The notes under the pieces: generated by a model
The model's input: only the letters and a program-made list of their open reading frames with translations
What the model was told of the DNA's origin: nothing
Database searches by the model: none
DNA from: a bacterium
Lineage (GTDB): Bacteria; CLD3; SB21
Assembly (NCBI GenBank): GCA_013360215.1
Contig: JABWCP010000002.1
Coordinates: 177,816 to 241,815 of the forward strand
Direction: 5' to 3'
DNA: 64,000 bases
Made by a program: the position numbers and the translations under genes
In this document: positions 27,190 to 37,012 of the stretch, piece by piece
How positions within the stretch are numbered: the stretch's first letter is position 1
Layout of the letters: each line of letters opens with the position of its first letter

Positions 27190-29106
27190 TTAGAACGTTA
27201 TTTTAGTTCCCACGACATACTCGCGCGCAAGCCCGGGATATTGCGCAACGGATTCGTAAGCTTTATCAAAAATATTTTTTACGATTACGCTAAGCTGTAC
27301 ATCATAACTAATTATTTGTTTGTGCCAAGACACTATCGCATCCGTAAGCCAATAACTCGGTATTACACTGTTATTAGCAGCATCTGTATAACGTTGACTC
27401 TGATAATGCGTTGTATGACCTATTGTAAAATCTTTGAACATAGCATAATTCGATAAAGAAGCTGTGTATAGCGGATTGTACGGAATCCGTCGTACATTAT
27501 CGGGATCGCTGGTATCAACGGCCTTCGCACGTGAAAGTTCAAATTTGGTTTCCCACATTTGTTCTTTTTCGTACTTCATCGCCAATTCCCTACCCCGTGA
27601 TGAACTTTTGCGAATATTTTCAGGATGTATTATTCCGGCCAAATTCCATGCGATCTGATTGTGTGCTCTCATTACAAACCACGTATATTCGATTTCAAAG
27701 CTATGCTTTCCTTGCGAACCACCGAAGCGTCCGCCCAAATCCCATGTTGTTGATCGCTCGGGTTTGATATCCGGATTGCCTGATGCGTCCGTATCTTTCC
27801 AATATCGTTCATTGAGCGTAGGCGCTCTAAAATTACGAGACCATGATGCGCGTAAGGACGTGTAATAGCCTGATTTTTCGTAGGAAATATTCATTCCGGC
27901 CTTAGGGCTCCATACCTGCCCAAAATCTGAAAATTTATCCCATCGTATAGCCGGTGATAATCGAAAAGACCACATCGGATTGAACAACGGAATTAGCCAT
28001 TGATCATCGGCAAAAACACTGACACTCTGATTACTCACATGATCCGTATTATCGCCTTCGCCTTGCACGAAGGTATGGGTAACACCTAAATTGAAAGTAT
28101 GTTGCTTTAGAAGAGTTATCAGATTAGTCCAACGTGTATGGTAACTATTAGAAATATTTCGGCTATTGATGGTAGTTGGAAATGAATTGGTATAATCAAA
28201 CTGATATTGATACCAACTCAAGCCAATCGCCGTATGCCATTGGTCGTTAAAGCGGTGTTGTATCTGCGGCGCGATGAGAAATACGCGATCTTCCTGATTT
28301 CCGCGTGATGTTACAGATGTATTATTACTAATCGTACCCGGTATCTCAATATCACGAAACGTCCATTGACCCATTAAAGAAAAATCAGTTTTTAAGCTTA
28401 AATTGTTATTAACATTGAGAAATAGAGCATGACGTTTGCTTTCCGAATTCACCCGCAGTACACGTTCTCCTGAGGACGGCACAGTAACAAAATAACTGCT
28501 ATCGGGCTGGTATTCGAACTCATAGGCGAAATTATAAGACGTTTTCTTTATGAAACCTGTTAGCCCCGCTGATAACCACTGTCTTTTAAATGAACTATAG
28601 TGCGCTTTCGTTATAATTGACATCGGTTCATCACGTGGTTGTTTTTTTGTTATGAGGTTTATTGTCCCGCCTACGGCGTTATTATCGCCTCCTTTGTATG
28701 TTTCGATATGATCAATCATGGTCAAAGGAACAACACCCAAATCAATCAAACCCGTAGCGGGATTATTGAGCGGTATTCCGTCAATCATGATTATAACCTG
28801 CTCAGAAGTAGAACCTCGCAAAGATGGAAGTTTGAGTCCTGATGCTCCGCCGAAGTCTTTAATTTGTATCCCTGAAGCACCACTCAAAGCGTCGGATAGA
28901 TTGGTTGCCCCTCGCCTTTGGATATTTTCTTCTGTAATGACATTAACCAATGCAGAAGAGGCATTTCGGGAATTTATCAAACGTGATGAGGTAATAACCG
29001 TACCCTGCAAGTCATATTGCTTAATTTTAACACTATCCCCGGTTTGCGAATAATATTCGGCAATGGCGAACCACAATAACCCGATGTATATGGTACTTTT
29101 CATCAT
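27190..29106 (-). CDS. btuB: TonB-dependent cobalamin receptor
   Basis: Plug domain (VITSSR, LRGSTSEQVIIMIDGIP, IDHIETYKG, GGTINLIT), NFRAPTLNERY, GNPDIKPE and C-terminal F. Directly downstream of a cobalamin riboswitch. Confidence 0.9.
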   Translation of the reverse strand: MMKSTIYIGLLWFAIAEYYSQTGDSVKIKQYDLQGTVITSSRLINSRNASSALVNVITEENIQRRGATNLSDALSGASGIQIKDFGGASGLKLPSLRGSTSEQVIIMIDGIPLNNPATGLIDLGVVPLTMIDHIETYKGGDNNAVGGTINLITKKQPRDEPMSIITKAHYSSFKRQWLSAGLTGFIKKTSYNFAYEFEYQPDSSYFVTVPSSGERVLRVNSESKRHALFLNVNNNLSLKTDFSLMGQWTFRDIEIPGTISNNTSVTSRGNQEDRVFLIAPQIQHRFNDQWHTAIGLSWYQYQFDYTNSFPTTINSRNISNSYHTRWTNLITLLKQHTFNLGVTHTFVQGEGDNTDHVSNQSVSVFADDQWLIPLFNPMWSFRLSPAIRWDKFSDFGQVWSPKAGMNISYEKSGYYTSLRASWSRNFRAPTLNERYWKDTDASGNPDIKPERSTTWDLGGRFGGSQGKHSFEIEYTWFVMRAHNQIAWNLAGIIHPENIRKSSSRGRELAMKYEKEQMWETKFELSRAKAVDTSDPDNVRRIPYNPLYTASLSNYAMFKDFTIGHTTHYQSQRYTDAANNSVIPSYWLTDAIVSWHKQIISYDVQLSVIVKNIFDKAYESVAQYPGLAREYVVGTKITF

Positions 29107-29200
29107 ATCAAAAAAAAATCCTCATTCGGAAAGAATGAGGATAATAGAAAAGTTGACTTTATTGATCCCCACGCCTTCCCCTCGAAGGTTGGTCGAATGC

Positions 29201-29360
29201 AGTTTAGGCAGGTCTCCTGACTTGCGCGTTAACGATTGCCTTCCCATTACCGATAGGTTCGATAACAGTGGACTTATTAGAATGCGCTTACAGTTGCGGG
29301 GCAGCTCATGATTTTCACATGATTCCCTTTTCATCACGTCGTATGCGTGACACCTAAACC
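29201..29360 (-). ncRNA. Cobalamin (AdoCbl) riboswitch
   Basis: The minus strand reads GGTTTAGGTG...ATGAAAAGGGAATC...CTGCCCCGCAACTGT...GCCACTG-like/GGGAAGGC...AGTCAGGAGACCTGCCTAAACT. These are the conserved B12-box elements with P1 pairing GGTTTAGGT/GCCTAAACT. Confidence 0.95.
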
Positions 29361-29388
29361 AAATAACAAAGAACAATTGACAGTTCTC

Positions 29389-29416
29389 AAGATAACCGAA
29401 AACTTTTATTTGTCAA
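29389..29416 (-). promoter_or_regulatory. sigma70-type promoter for the riboswitch/btuB operon (TTGACA-N16-TATCTT)
   Basis: Canonical -35, and the predicted start sits just 5' of the riboswitch. Confidence 0.5.
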
Positions 29417-29428
29417 GTTTTAAAATAA

Positions 29429-31807
29429 TTACTTCCAAATCACCCACGATGCCCAATAAAAAGGAAGCGTGTTTTGAACGATAAAATCACGTTTGGTTTT
29501 TTGTAGCGCCGCCGGAATGGATTTTTCGATAATCCAATGTCGATACAACTGATCAACAAAATTTACTGCATCACGATCGTTAATTTTCCATAAGGTACTT
29601 AAAACTAACGAGGCACCGGAATTAAGAAACGCTTCAGGAATAGCCGGGATATTTTTTTGCGCTATTTTAGTGCTTACGGATGTCTCACAAGCCGATAAAA
29701 TAACCGATTGACCGTGTAATTGTTGTTTTTCGATTTCATCACACGTCAAATACCCATCATGATGGGTTTGATCTCGCCCTAATACAATTCCGCTTTTACG
29801 CACATCGTCTGTCGTGTTCATACCATGACCTATCAAATGCAAAACTTGTGATGTATCTGTGTTTATGATATCATAATAATTTTTTTCAGTAGCTTGGTAA
29901 TAAATTTGGTTATACGGAATAATAGACTTGATGCGGTCTATTTCGTTATCAACATCCGGCAGATCCGGCAATGAAGTCCACGAACTATATTCTGAGCGGG
30001 CCAATATAGTGATCGACGGTATTGTTCGTTCCGATTTAACAGCAAATTCATCTCCAAAATTAAGTGCATTACTATATTGAATCGTATGCGTTTCAGTCAG
30101 ATATCGTCGTTCTATGCTCAACATCTCAAAAGGAAAATTACACAACAAACCGTCAGGTACTATGACCAATTCTTTATGTGATTGAACGTAATCTATAATC
30201 GCCGGGTTTATCCAATCTGATAATACAGCCAGATGTTGTGATAGACTATGCTGATTAGCGGAAGGTTGACGAAGAAGGGTTTTAACTTGTAAAAGGTGAT
30301 CCTTGATACGTGGTGATATGAATAAACGATAATATTGCAATTCACTCTCTGTATTGAGTAATACATGCATGACCGTATCAGCTTGAAAGAATGAAATGCC
30401 CGATTCAAAAAAAGGTATTGAGTGCGGTTTAATTTTATGGGTAGGAATGCTGTTTAATAAAAGCTGATATCTCAATGCATCATGATACTTTTTTTGATCA
30501 AAAAGAAATCGAATATAGTTTTTATAAAATCGAGTGCGATTATTGGGGATACTGGCATCATATACAAATGCAGAGCTTTGTTCCTGATAGATCGAATCTA
30601 TGGATTGCAGCGCAAGGACATAATAGGCATCAGCGCTGTCCGTTTGGTTAATTGATTCACAATATAAAGCGCGCGCATCATAATAACTTGGTGTATATCG
30701 TTTTGAAGGAAGTTGGGAGAGTAAATTGTAGGCTTTAGCTAACAACTGATCCCCATGTTCAAATTGTTTTAACTTCACTGTCATTTGAAATTTAGCAAGA
30801 AGGGTATAAAACATTGGATCTAAAGCACCACTATCAAAATAGATGTCATACGCCATATTCCAAAAGTACATGGCGCTATCGTACAATGATAACGTACGGT
30901 ATGTTCCAGCTAATTCGTAATACCCGTCAGCCGTTGCAATTTTGTCACCTGCTTTTTCAGTGATAACCAATGAGCTTCGTAAACATTGAAGGGCTGATTT
31001 TATTTGGCCATGATTATTAAATAAATGCGCCATATTGTTCAAAATTAATCCCTCGGACCCTACATCTCCCGTCATTCGTATGTATTCAAGTGCTTTTTCA
31101 AAACAATAACGGCTTTCGGGGTATAATTCCATCTCCAAAAAAATCAAACTCAAGTTTTGATAATCAGCCGCCATGTCGGCCTTATCATTACGCAGAGAAT
31201 CTTGGTGCAAAGCCATTCTATATTTTTCTATTGCGGAAGCATAATCCCCCATCATTTTATAAACAATACCACGATTGGAAACAATCCACGATTGCAATTT
31301 GATATCTAAGTCGCGGTGTATGTAATGCTCAGCTTTATTCAAAGCTTCGTTGGCTAAAAAGGGTTGAGAAGATTGGATATAGATGATACCAACCGTATTC
31401 CAATAGCGGGCCAAGGTGGTCGAATCTTTAACCGTAGGAAGTATTGATTGGATTATAGTGAGTAACGAGTCGCAGAGTTTAAAATTACCTGTTTCAGCAG
31501 CAACAAGAATATAATCCTGAGTCCACCGAAAACGATCCATTGTTGCAACATCCTTACGTTGTAACAGCGATGAATACAAACTTTGCGACTCCTTGTTTTG
31601 ACCAAGATAGAAATACGCTTTCGACAGCGCAGCATGGGTAGCGGGCTTATGTATTGTGGAAATACTATTTACTTCAAAAAGGTGTATGGCATCGGCATAT
31701 TTACTTTCACGAAGTAAGGCGTCCACACTATCGAGTAATATATGATCCTGAGCATGTATTTGGCTCATAACAAACAGAAACCAAAGAAACAATCTCATAA
31801 AAATCAT
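29429..31807 (-). CDS. TPR-CHAT domain protein (caspase-like HetF family protease) with a predicted signal peptide
   Basis: TPRs (WNTVGIIY, SNRGIVY..G.Y..AIE.Y, LNNMAHLF); CHAT motifs LVIVPDG.L..FPFEML, LHLIGHG, VILSACET, FL..GA..V..TLW.I.D and PFYWA.W. The His/Cys dyad is intact. Confidence 0.9.
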   Translation of the reverse strand: MIFMRLFLWFLFVMSQIHAQDHILLDSVDALLRESKYADAIHLFEVNSISTIHKPATHAALSKAYFYLGQNKESQSLYSSLLQRKDVATMDRFRWTQDYILVAAETGNFKLCDSLLTIIQSILPTVKDSTTLARYWNTVGIIYIQSSQPFLANEALNKAEHYIHRDLDIKLQSWIVSNRGIVYKMMGDYASAIEKYRMALHQDSLRNDKADMAADYQNLSLIFLEMELYPESRYCFEKALEYIRMTGDVGSEGLILNNMAHLFNNHGQIKSALQCLRSSLVITEKAGDKIATADGYYELAGTYRTLSLYDSAMYFWNMAYDIYFDSGALDPMFYTLLAKFQMTVKLKQFEHGDQLLAKAYNLLSQLPSKRYTPSYYDARALYCESINQTDSADAYYVLALQSIDSIYQEQSSAFVYDASIPNNRTRFYKNYIRFLFDQKKYHDALRYQLLLNSIPTHKIKPHSIPFFESGISFFQADTVMHVLLNTESELQYYRLFISPRIKDHLLQVKTLLRQPSANQHSLSQHLAVLSDWINPAIIDYVQSHKELVIVPDGLLCNFPFEMLSIERRYLTETHTIQYSNALNFGDEFAVKSERTIPSITILARSEYSSWTSLPDLPDVDNEIDRIKSIIPYNQIYYQATEKNYYDIINTDTSQVLHLIGHGMNTTDDVRKSGIVLGRDQTHHDGYLTCDEIEKQQLHGQSVILSACETSVSTKIAQKNIPAIPEAFLNSGASLVLSTLWKINDRDAVNFVDQLYRHWIIEKSIPAALQKTKRDFIVQNTLPFYWASWVIWK

Positions 31808-33606
31808 TTCAGCTTAATTTCAAAAGCATCTTTCAACGAGTGATAATTAACTGTAGGAGTATATTTTTCTCTTAAGCTTAATAACCATTTATCCCGTGTC
31901 TGTTTGATTAATGAAACTGCGTAATCGGATTTAACCTGAGCAAACACTTTATCCAATGAATACCAGCTCGGTTGTGTTCTTTTGTAAATCTTAACAATGC
32001 CGTATTTACCATCATTCATAATAAAAACGTCGCTTATATCACCTTCTTTGAGTTCTTGTATACGTGCCGACAAGTTCCCAAATTCTTTTAAGGGTCTCAG
32101 ACCGGAACGTACAGCAGATGCGGGATTTTTCTTTCGCAATTCGTCAAAACTGATTTCAAAACTTTTTGAAGATTTAATTTTATCTGCAATAGGCCGTATC
32201 TGCGCTTCTTCGTTCATTACAATCATTCCCAGATCCAAACTGTCCGGCATTTTGTAATTCTTTATATTGACCTCATAATAGCGACGCACATTGGATGTAT
32301 CTTCGATCAGTTTGAAATCGGGCGTGGGAGGTTGAATTTTATTATAAATCAGGCCGCCTTCTATCCGCTTGATAAAATGTGCCTCACGATCAGTAAGTTT
32401 GACTTTCTGTTCTTTAGCCCAACGCGATACAAGTCTAACGGCTATGGCATTGCGAACACCGGATTCCATTTGTTCCATTGTAATACGTGAATTAAACCGA
32501 TTACCAGTGAGTGCGAAGGCTACATCAATTATTTTTATAGTATCCGTCAGTGATGTAGCGAGAATCGTATTTAGTTCATCATCGGTTAACTGCTCAAATA
32601 GCGATTTTTTTATATCATATTTTTTGAATTTAGAATACCATGCCGCAGCGTTAGATTGATTAAAACTGTATGACCCATCATGTAGCCGTTTTTCGATGAA
32701 CTCTTTTTTGTTTTTTTCGATTTGTACATCAGGTTTTAAAAGAATTTGTTTAGCAATTTGCTCCTTAATGGCAATTTTTGCTTTTTCATATGGTAGTACA
32801 TTAGCATCATTGCTTTTTTGTATGATTTTATAAATATGGTATCCGTTCCCATCGTCAATTGGTTGCGATAATTCATCGGGTTGTAGTTTAAACAAAGCAT
32901 CGCCTACTTCATTAGGCAATTCACCTCGGCGCAACCCTTTGATAGTGCCATCGAAAAATTTGGTGGCTGCATCGTCAGAAAACTGTTCTATAAAACTTTC
33001 AAATTTATCGGGTTCTTTTTTGAGTACGCCCAACAAAGAATCAGCAATGGATTTGGCGGCTAGCTTAAATCGTATGATTTTCTTTTGATTGGGTGCCATT
33101 TCCAATGAAGGATCAAAAGTTTTATCATATCCGATAAAAATATGTTTTACATCCAACTGTTCTTTTAGTTGCTCATATCGCACTTTGATTTGATCTTCCG
33201 TTATCGAGGGCTCTACTATTGCATTTCGTATTGCATGCGCATAATACAATTCGTCTTCTTTGGTACGAACTTGAAATTGCACATAGGGATGTTCCTGCAG
33301 TTTCTTATCTCTTCCATCCATTACCATAAGGTAGTAATCTACCATTTCATCGAGAATTTTGCGTCGCGTAGCTTCTGATTCCAAATCGGGTTTATTTTGT
33401 TTCAATTCCAAAACCCGGTTTTTATAATCACCTAAAAAAACAGTATCTTCACCGACTACTGCTAATACTGTTTTCAAATCATTATAATCAGTCTTTTTCT
33501 CGTCGTTTTTACAGGCTATGGTCATAACCGTAATCAATAGTACCCACGAATACCGTCGAATTTTAGAAAAATACATATTTAACCTTATGAATGATTTATA
33601 ACTCAA
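31804..33606 (-). CDS. Parvulin-type peptidyl-prolyl isomerase / SurA-PrsA-like chaperone lipoprotein
   Basis: Lipobox MTIAC, VKHIFI, F...IEQFSDD, LKPDELSQPI....GYHIYKI and a second parvulin-like domain (LKEGDISDVF....KYGIVK). Confidence 0.82.
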   Translation of the reverse strand: MSYKSFIRLNMYFSKIRRYSWVLLITVMTIACKNDEKKTDYNDLKTVLAVVGEDTVFLGDYKNRVLELKQNKPDLESEATRRKILDEMVDYYLMVMDGRDKKLQEHPYVQFQVRTKEDELYYAHAIRNAIVEPSITEDQIKVRYEQLKEQLDVKHIFIGYDKTFDPSLEMAPNQKKIIRFKLAAKSIADSLLGVLKKEPDKFESFIEQFSDDAATKFFDGTIKGLRRGELPNEVGDALFKLQPDELSQPIDDGNGYHIYKIIQKSNDANVLPYEKAKIAIKEQIAKQILLKPDVQIEKNKKEFIEKRLHDGSYSFNQSNAAAWYSKFKKYDIKKSLFEQLTDDELNTILATSLTDTIKIIDVAFALTGNRFNSRITMEQMESGVRNAIAVRLVSRWAKEQKVKLTDREAHFIKRIEGGLIYNKIQPPTPDFKLIEDTSNVRRYYEVNIKNYKMPDSLDLGMIVMNEEAQIRPIADKIKSSKSFEISFDELRKKNPASAVRSGLRPLKEFGNLSARIQELKEGDISDVFIMNDGKYGIVKIYKRTQPSWYSLDKVFAQVKSDYAVSLIKQTRDKWLLSLREKYTPTVNYHSLKDAFEIKLK

Positions 33607-36600
33607 TTATTTGTGAAATTATTTTTTTGGCACTTATCAATACTAAAGAATCTTCTTTAGACTCAGTTGAAATAATACGGCTTTTTGTCGCATCATACCA
33701 CTCAAAACCAAAAGTAATATCTAAAAAGTCTTTATTCTGAAAAAATCGAAGATTTTCGAATGTTTTTACAATTGCATTCATCCTTATTTTCATACGATCT
33801 GCCATATTCGGTTGACTCATGCTCTTCACATCAAACCGAAGTACTAATTTGTTTTCATCAATATCCAATCGTTCAGCACAAAGCGGCAATGTCATCAACT
33901 TTATTTCAATCATTTGCAGAAGATTTTTTGCTTCTACAGGGAGTTTCCCAAAACGGTCCACCAATTCTTGTTCGATTGCATTTAAAGCGTCAATCGAAAT
34001 GATATCCGATAAGCTTTTATAAATCCTAACCCTTTCGGATGGAACATTAACATAGGTATCCGGTATATAGGTATCGCAAAAAACATGAACCTGCAAAGCC
34101 GGCATATACTCTGCTTGCTGAGTTATTTCCTCTTTTTTGCCCGACTCAACCACATTCATTTCTTGGCGTGTCTCTTGTACGGCTTCATCCAAAATTTGAC
34201 AATAAAGCTCAAAACCAACCGCGTTCACAAAACCGCTTTGTTCAGCGCCAAGCATATTGCCGGCACCACGAATTTCTAAGTCCCGCATTGCAATCAAAAA
34301 ACCTGAACCCAGATCCGAAAATTCCTCTATCGCCTGCAATCGTCGTAACGCGTCCGAAGGCATTACACTCATGGGCATCGTGAGAAGATAGCAATACGCC
34401 TGACGATTGGAGCGACCGACGCGACCGCGTAATTGATATAACTGCGATAACCCAAACTGATGTGCCTGGTCTATGATAATAGTATTGACGTTTGGTATGT
34501 CAATACCGTTTTCAATGATTGTCGTAGCGACTAAAATATCATATTCGCGTTTCATGAAAGCATGAACGATATCCTCAACTTGTTGCGGTGCCATTTGCCC
34601 GTGGATCACAGCTAATCGTGCTTTGGGAACAACCGTATTGAGCATGTCCGTGATGCGATCAATACTCTGTATCCGATTGTGCACATAATAAACCTGTCCA
34701 CCCCGGTCCAATTCTTTCATCACGGCATCATGGATGAGGTCTTCGTCAAACTGCGTTATCTCTGTTTTAACGGGTAAACGATCCTGCGGTGGCGTATTGA
34801 TGACCGACAAGTCACGTCCGCCCATCAACGAAAAGTGCAATGTTCGCGGTATCGGCGTCGCTGTCAGAGTGATCGTATCGACGGTAGCTTTGAGCTGACG
34901 AAGTTTTTCCTTATGAGCAACGCCAAAACGCTGTTCTTCATCGATAATAAGAAGGCCTAAATCTTTGAACTGCACATCCTTTGAAAGAAGTCGGTGCGTG
35001 CCGATCAGTATATCAATTTCGCCGCGCTGTACTTTTTCGAGGATGATTTTTTGTTCTTTGGTTGTCCGAAAACGGGATATCACATCAATGCGAACCGGAA
35101 ATTCGCGCATACGTGAAGAAAACGTTTCAAAATGCTGTTCCGCCAAAATCGTCGTGGGAACGAGTATCGCCGCTTGCTTACTATCCTGAACGGCTTTAAA
35201 AGCAGCACGTATAGCGATTTCCGTTTTACCGTAACCCACATCACCACAGACAAGCCTATCCATCGGATTATCGCTTTCCATGTCCTTTTTGACGTCGAGC
35301 GTCACCTTGGTTTGATCGGGCGTATCTTCAAATTCGAACGATGCTTCCAATGCGTATTGCATATGGGTATCCGGTGTAAAAGCGAATCCTTTGCGTGATT
35401 TGCGTTCGGCATAGAGTTTGATCAGATCCTGTGCGATATCTTTCAGCGTTTTTTTGGTGCGTGCTTTAACCTTATCCCAATCACCTGAACCTAATTTATG
35501 TAACGTCGGTGTAACGCCGTCTTCGGCTGAAAACTTTTGGACGCGCGAAAAATGTTCAAGCGGAACAAATAATTTATCACCGTTTTTATAAAGAAGTTTC
35601 AGGCATTCTTCGGTATGTTCACCGCTGGTTACTTTTTCAAGACCGGCGTAGCGCGCAATGCCGTAATCCACATGAACTACATAATCTCCCGGTTTGAGCG
35701 ATGCAATATGACGCAACGCCTGCGCTGTTTTAAATTTGCGATGTGATCGCGTACGCTTGATGCGTCCAAAAATCTGATGATCCGTAAATACGACACATTG
35801 TGCATCTTCCGTGTAGAAGCCTTCATGCAACTCGCCGACGCCGATTACAAAATCAACGCCGGACGCAAGTTCATCGGAATCCAATAATTCAGACAATCGT
35901 TCAGCCTGACCCGTATTATTACACGCTATGAAAACCTTATATTGGCCCCGAATGGCTATCAATCGTTCTTTGAGCAGGTTGATGTGGCTGTTAAATGATT
36001 CGAGTGCATGAGCCGCAAAATTTATTTTATCAAAATCCATATTACGGCTATAACGGGCAAAATAAAGGCCTGCAAAGGCATTGAGCTTTTTCATTACGGA
36101 TACGGCATCAAGAAAACGACTTTCCGGCGCGAGAAGTTCTGAATGAGCTTCGGATTTACGTTGATAACTGTCGTTGATTTCATCCCAATACTTAACCAAT
36201 GCACCCTGTAAAATTTCCGGTTCTAATAACATGACCAGTGTGTCCTGTGGCCAATAATCCGTCAGATCGGCATCGTGTTGTGCCGTTTGACTTTCCGATT
36301 TGGGATACAGCGCTAAATAATCTGTTTTTTGCAACGAACGCTGATTTACTACATCAAAAAAACGAAGCGAATCAATCGTATCGCCGAAAAATTCGATACG
36401 GATAGGATTTTGTTGAGCAAAAGGAAATACGTCAACGATACCACCACGAATGGCAAACGTTCCCGGCTGATCCACGATTTCTTGCTTTTCGAAACCGATC
36501 TCATGGAGCAATTCGACCAAGTATTGAAACTGAAACGTGGCGCCGCTTTGAAGTTCTATCTTGTAAGATGCCACGCTACGCGGACCCGGAATGCGTTTAC

Positions 36601-36997
36601 TCAAAGCACGAACCGTGGTAACAAGTATTGCTTTTTCGTTATTAAGCAATTGCTCGATACTCTCCTGCCGTGCTGCTACGAAAGCCGGATTGGCTTCCCG
36701 GTCATCATAGGGTAAAAGTTCGTCTTCCGGGAATTGTAAAATCGGGATTTTGTGGGTTGTATAGTCTTGCAGCGTTGTGAGATCATCGAGTACACGACCA
36801 TACGTCAAACTGTCCGGCACAACGATAACGGATAAGCGGTTATTCACATAGGCCGACTGAGCCGCTAAAATCCCAAGCACCGCATCCATCGAACCGACAT
36901 ACCCGTCCACCATGATCGTCTTCTTTTCGGCGATATGGCGAAGTAAATTTTGCGCCGATTCAGAGGATGCTATACGCTGAAGAACTATATCAAGCAT
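33596..36997 (-). CDS. mfd: Transcription-repair coupling factor
   Basis: UvrB-homology region, PGDYVVH..YGI.RY (RID), GDVGYGKT, DEEQRFG, TATPIPRTL, QLRGRVGR and TRCF C-domain. Confidence 0.97.
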   Translation of the reverse strand: MLDIVLQRIASSESAQNLLRHIAEKKTIMVDGYVGSMDAVLGILAAQSAYVNNRLSVIVVPDSLTYGRVLDDLTTLQDYTTHKIPILQFPEDELLPYDDREANPAFVAARQESIEQLLNNEKAILVTTVRALSKRIPGPRSVASYKIELQSGATFQFQYLVELLHEIGFEKQEIVDQPGTFAIRGGIVDVFPFAQQNPIRIEFFGDTIDSLRFFDVVNQRSLQKTDYLALYPKSESQTAQHDADLTDYWPQDTLVMLLEPEILQGALVKYWDEINDSYQRKSEAHSELLAPESRFLDAVSVMKKLNAFAGLYFARYSRNMDFDKINFAAHALESFNSHINLLKERLIAIRGQYKVFIACNNTGQAERLSELLDSDELASGVDFVIGVGELHEGFYTEDAQCVVFTDHQIFGRIKRTRSHRKFKTAQALRHIASLKPGDYVVHVDYGIARYAGLEKVTSGEHTEECLKLLYKNGDKLFVPLEHFSRVQKFSAEDGVTPTLHKLGSGDWDKVKARTKKTLKDIAQDLIKLYAERKSRKGFAFTPDTHMQYALEASFEFEDTPDQTKVTLDVKKDMESDNPMDRLVCGDVGYGKTEIAIRAAFKAVQDSKQAAILVPTTILAEQHFETFSSRMREFPVRIDVISRFRTTKEQKIILEKVQRGEIDILIGTHRLLSKDVQFKDLGLLIIDEEQRFGVAHKEKLRQLKATVDTITLTATPIPRTLHFSLMGGRDLSVINTPPQDRLPVKTEITQFDEDLIHDAVMKELDRGGQVYYVHNRIQSIDRITDMLNTVVPKARLAVIHGQMAPQQVEDIVHAFMKREYDILVATTIIENGIDIPNVNTIIIDQAHQFGLSQLYQLRGRVGRSNRQAYCYLLTMPMSVMPSDALRRLQAIEEFSDLGSGFLIAMRDLEIRGAGNMLGAEQSGFVNAVGFELYCQILDEAVQETRQEMNVVESGKKEEITQQAEYMPALQVHVFCDTYIPDTYVNVPSERVRIYKSLSDIISIDALNAIEQELVDRFGKLPVEAKNLLQMIEIKLMTLPLCAERLDIDENKLVLRFDVKSMSQPNMADRMKIRMNAIVKTFENLRFFQNKDFLDITFGFEWYDATKSRIISTESKEDSLVLISAKKIISQIIEL

Positions 36998-37012
36998 GTA
37001 TAGAGGCTTTGA

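Noticed and set aside
29429-31807. CHAT protein as part of a Craspase / type III-E CRISPR or other defence system
   Set aside because: No CRISPR array, cas genes or defence-island neighbours are in the window, and the context is housekeeping.
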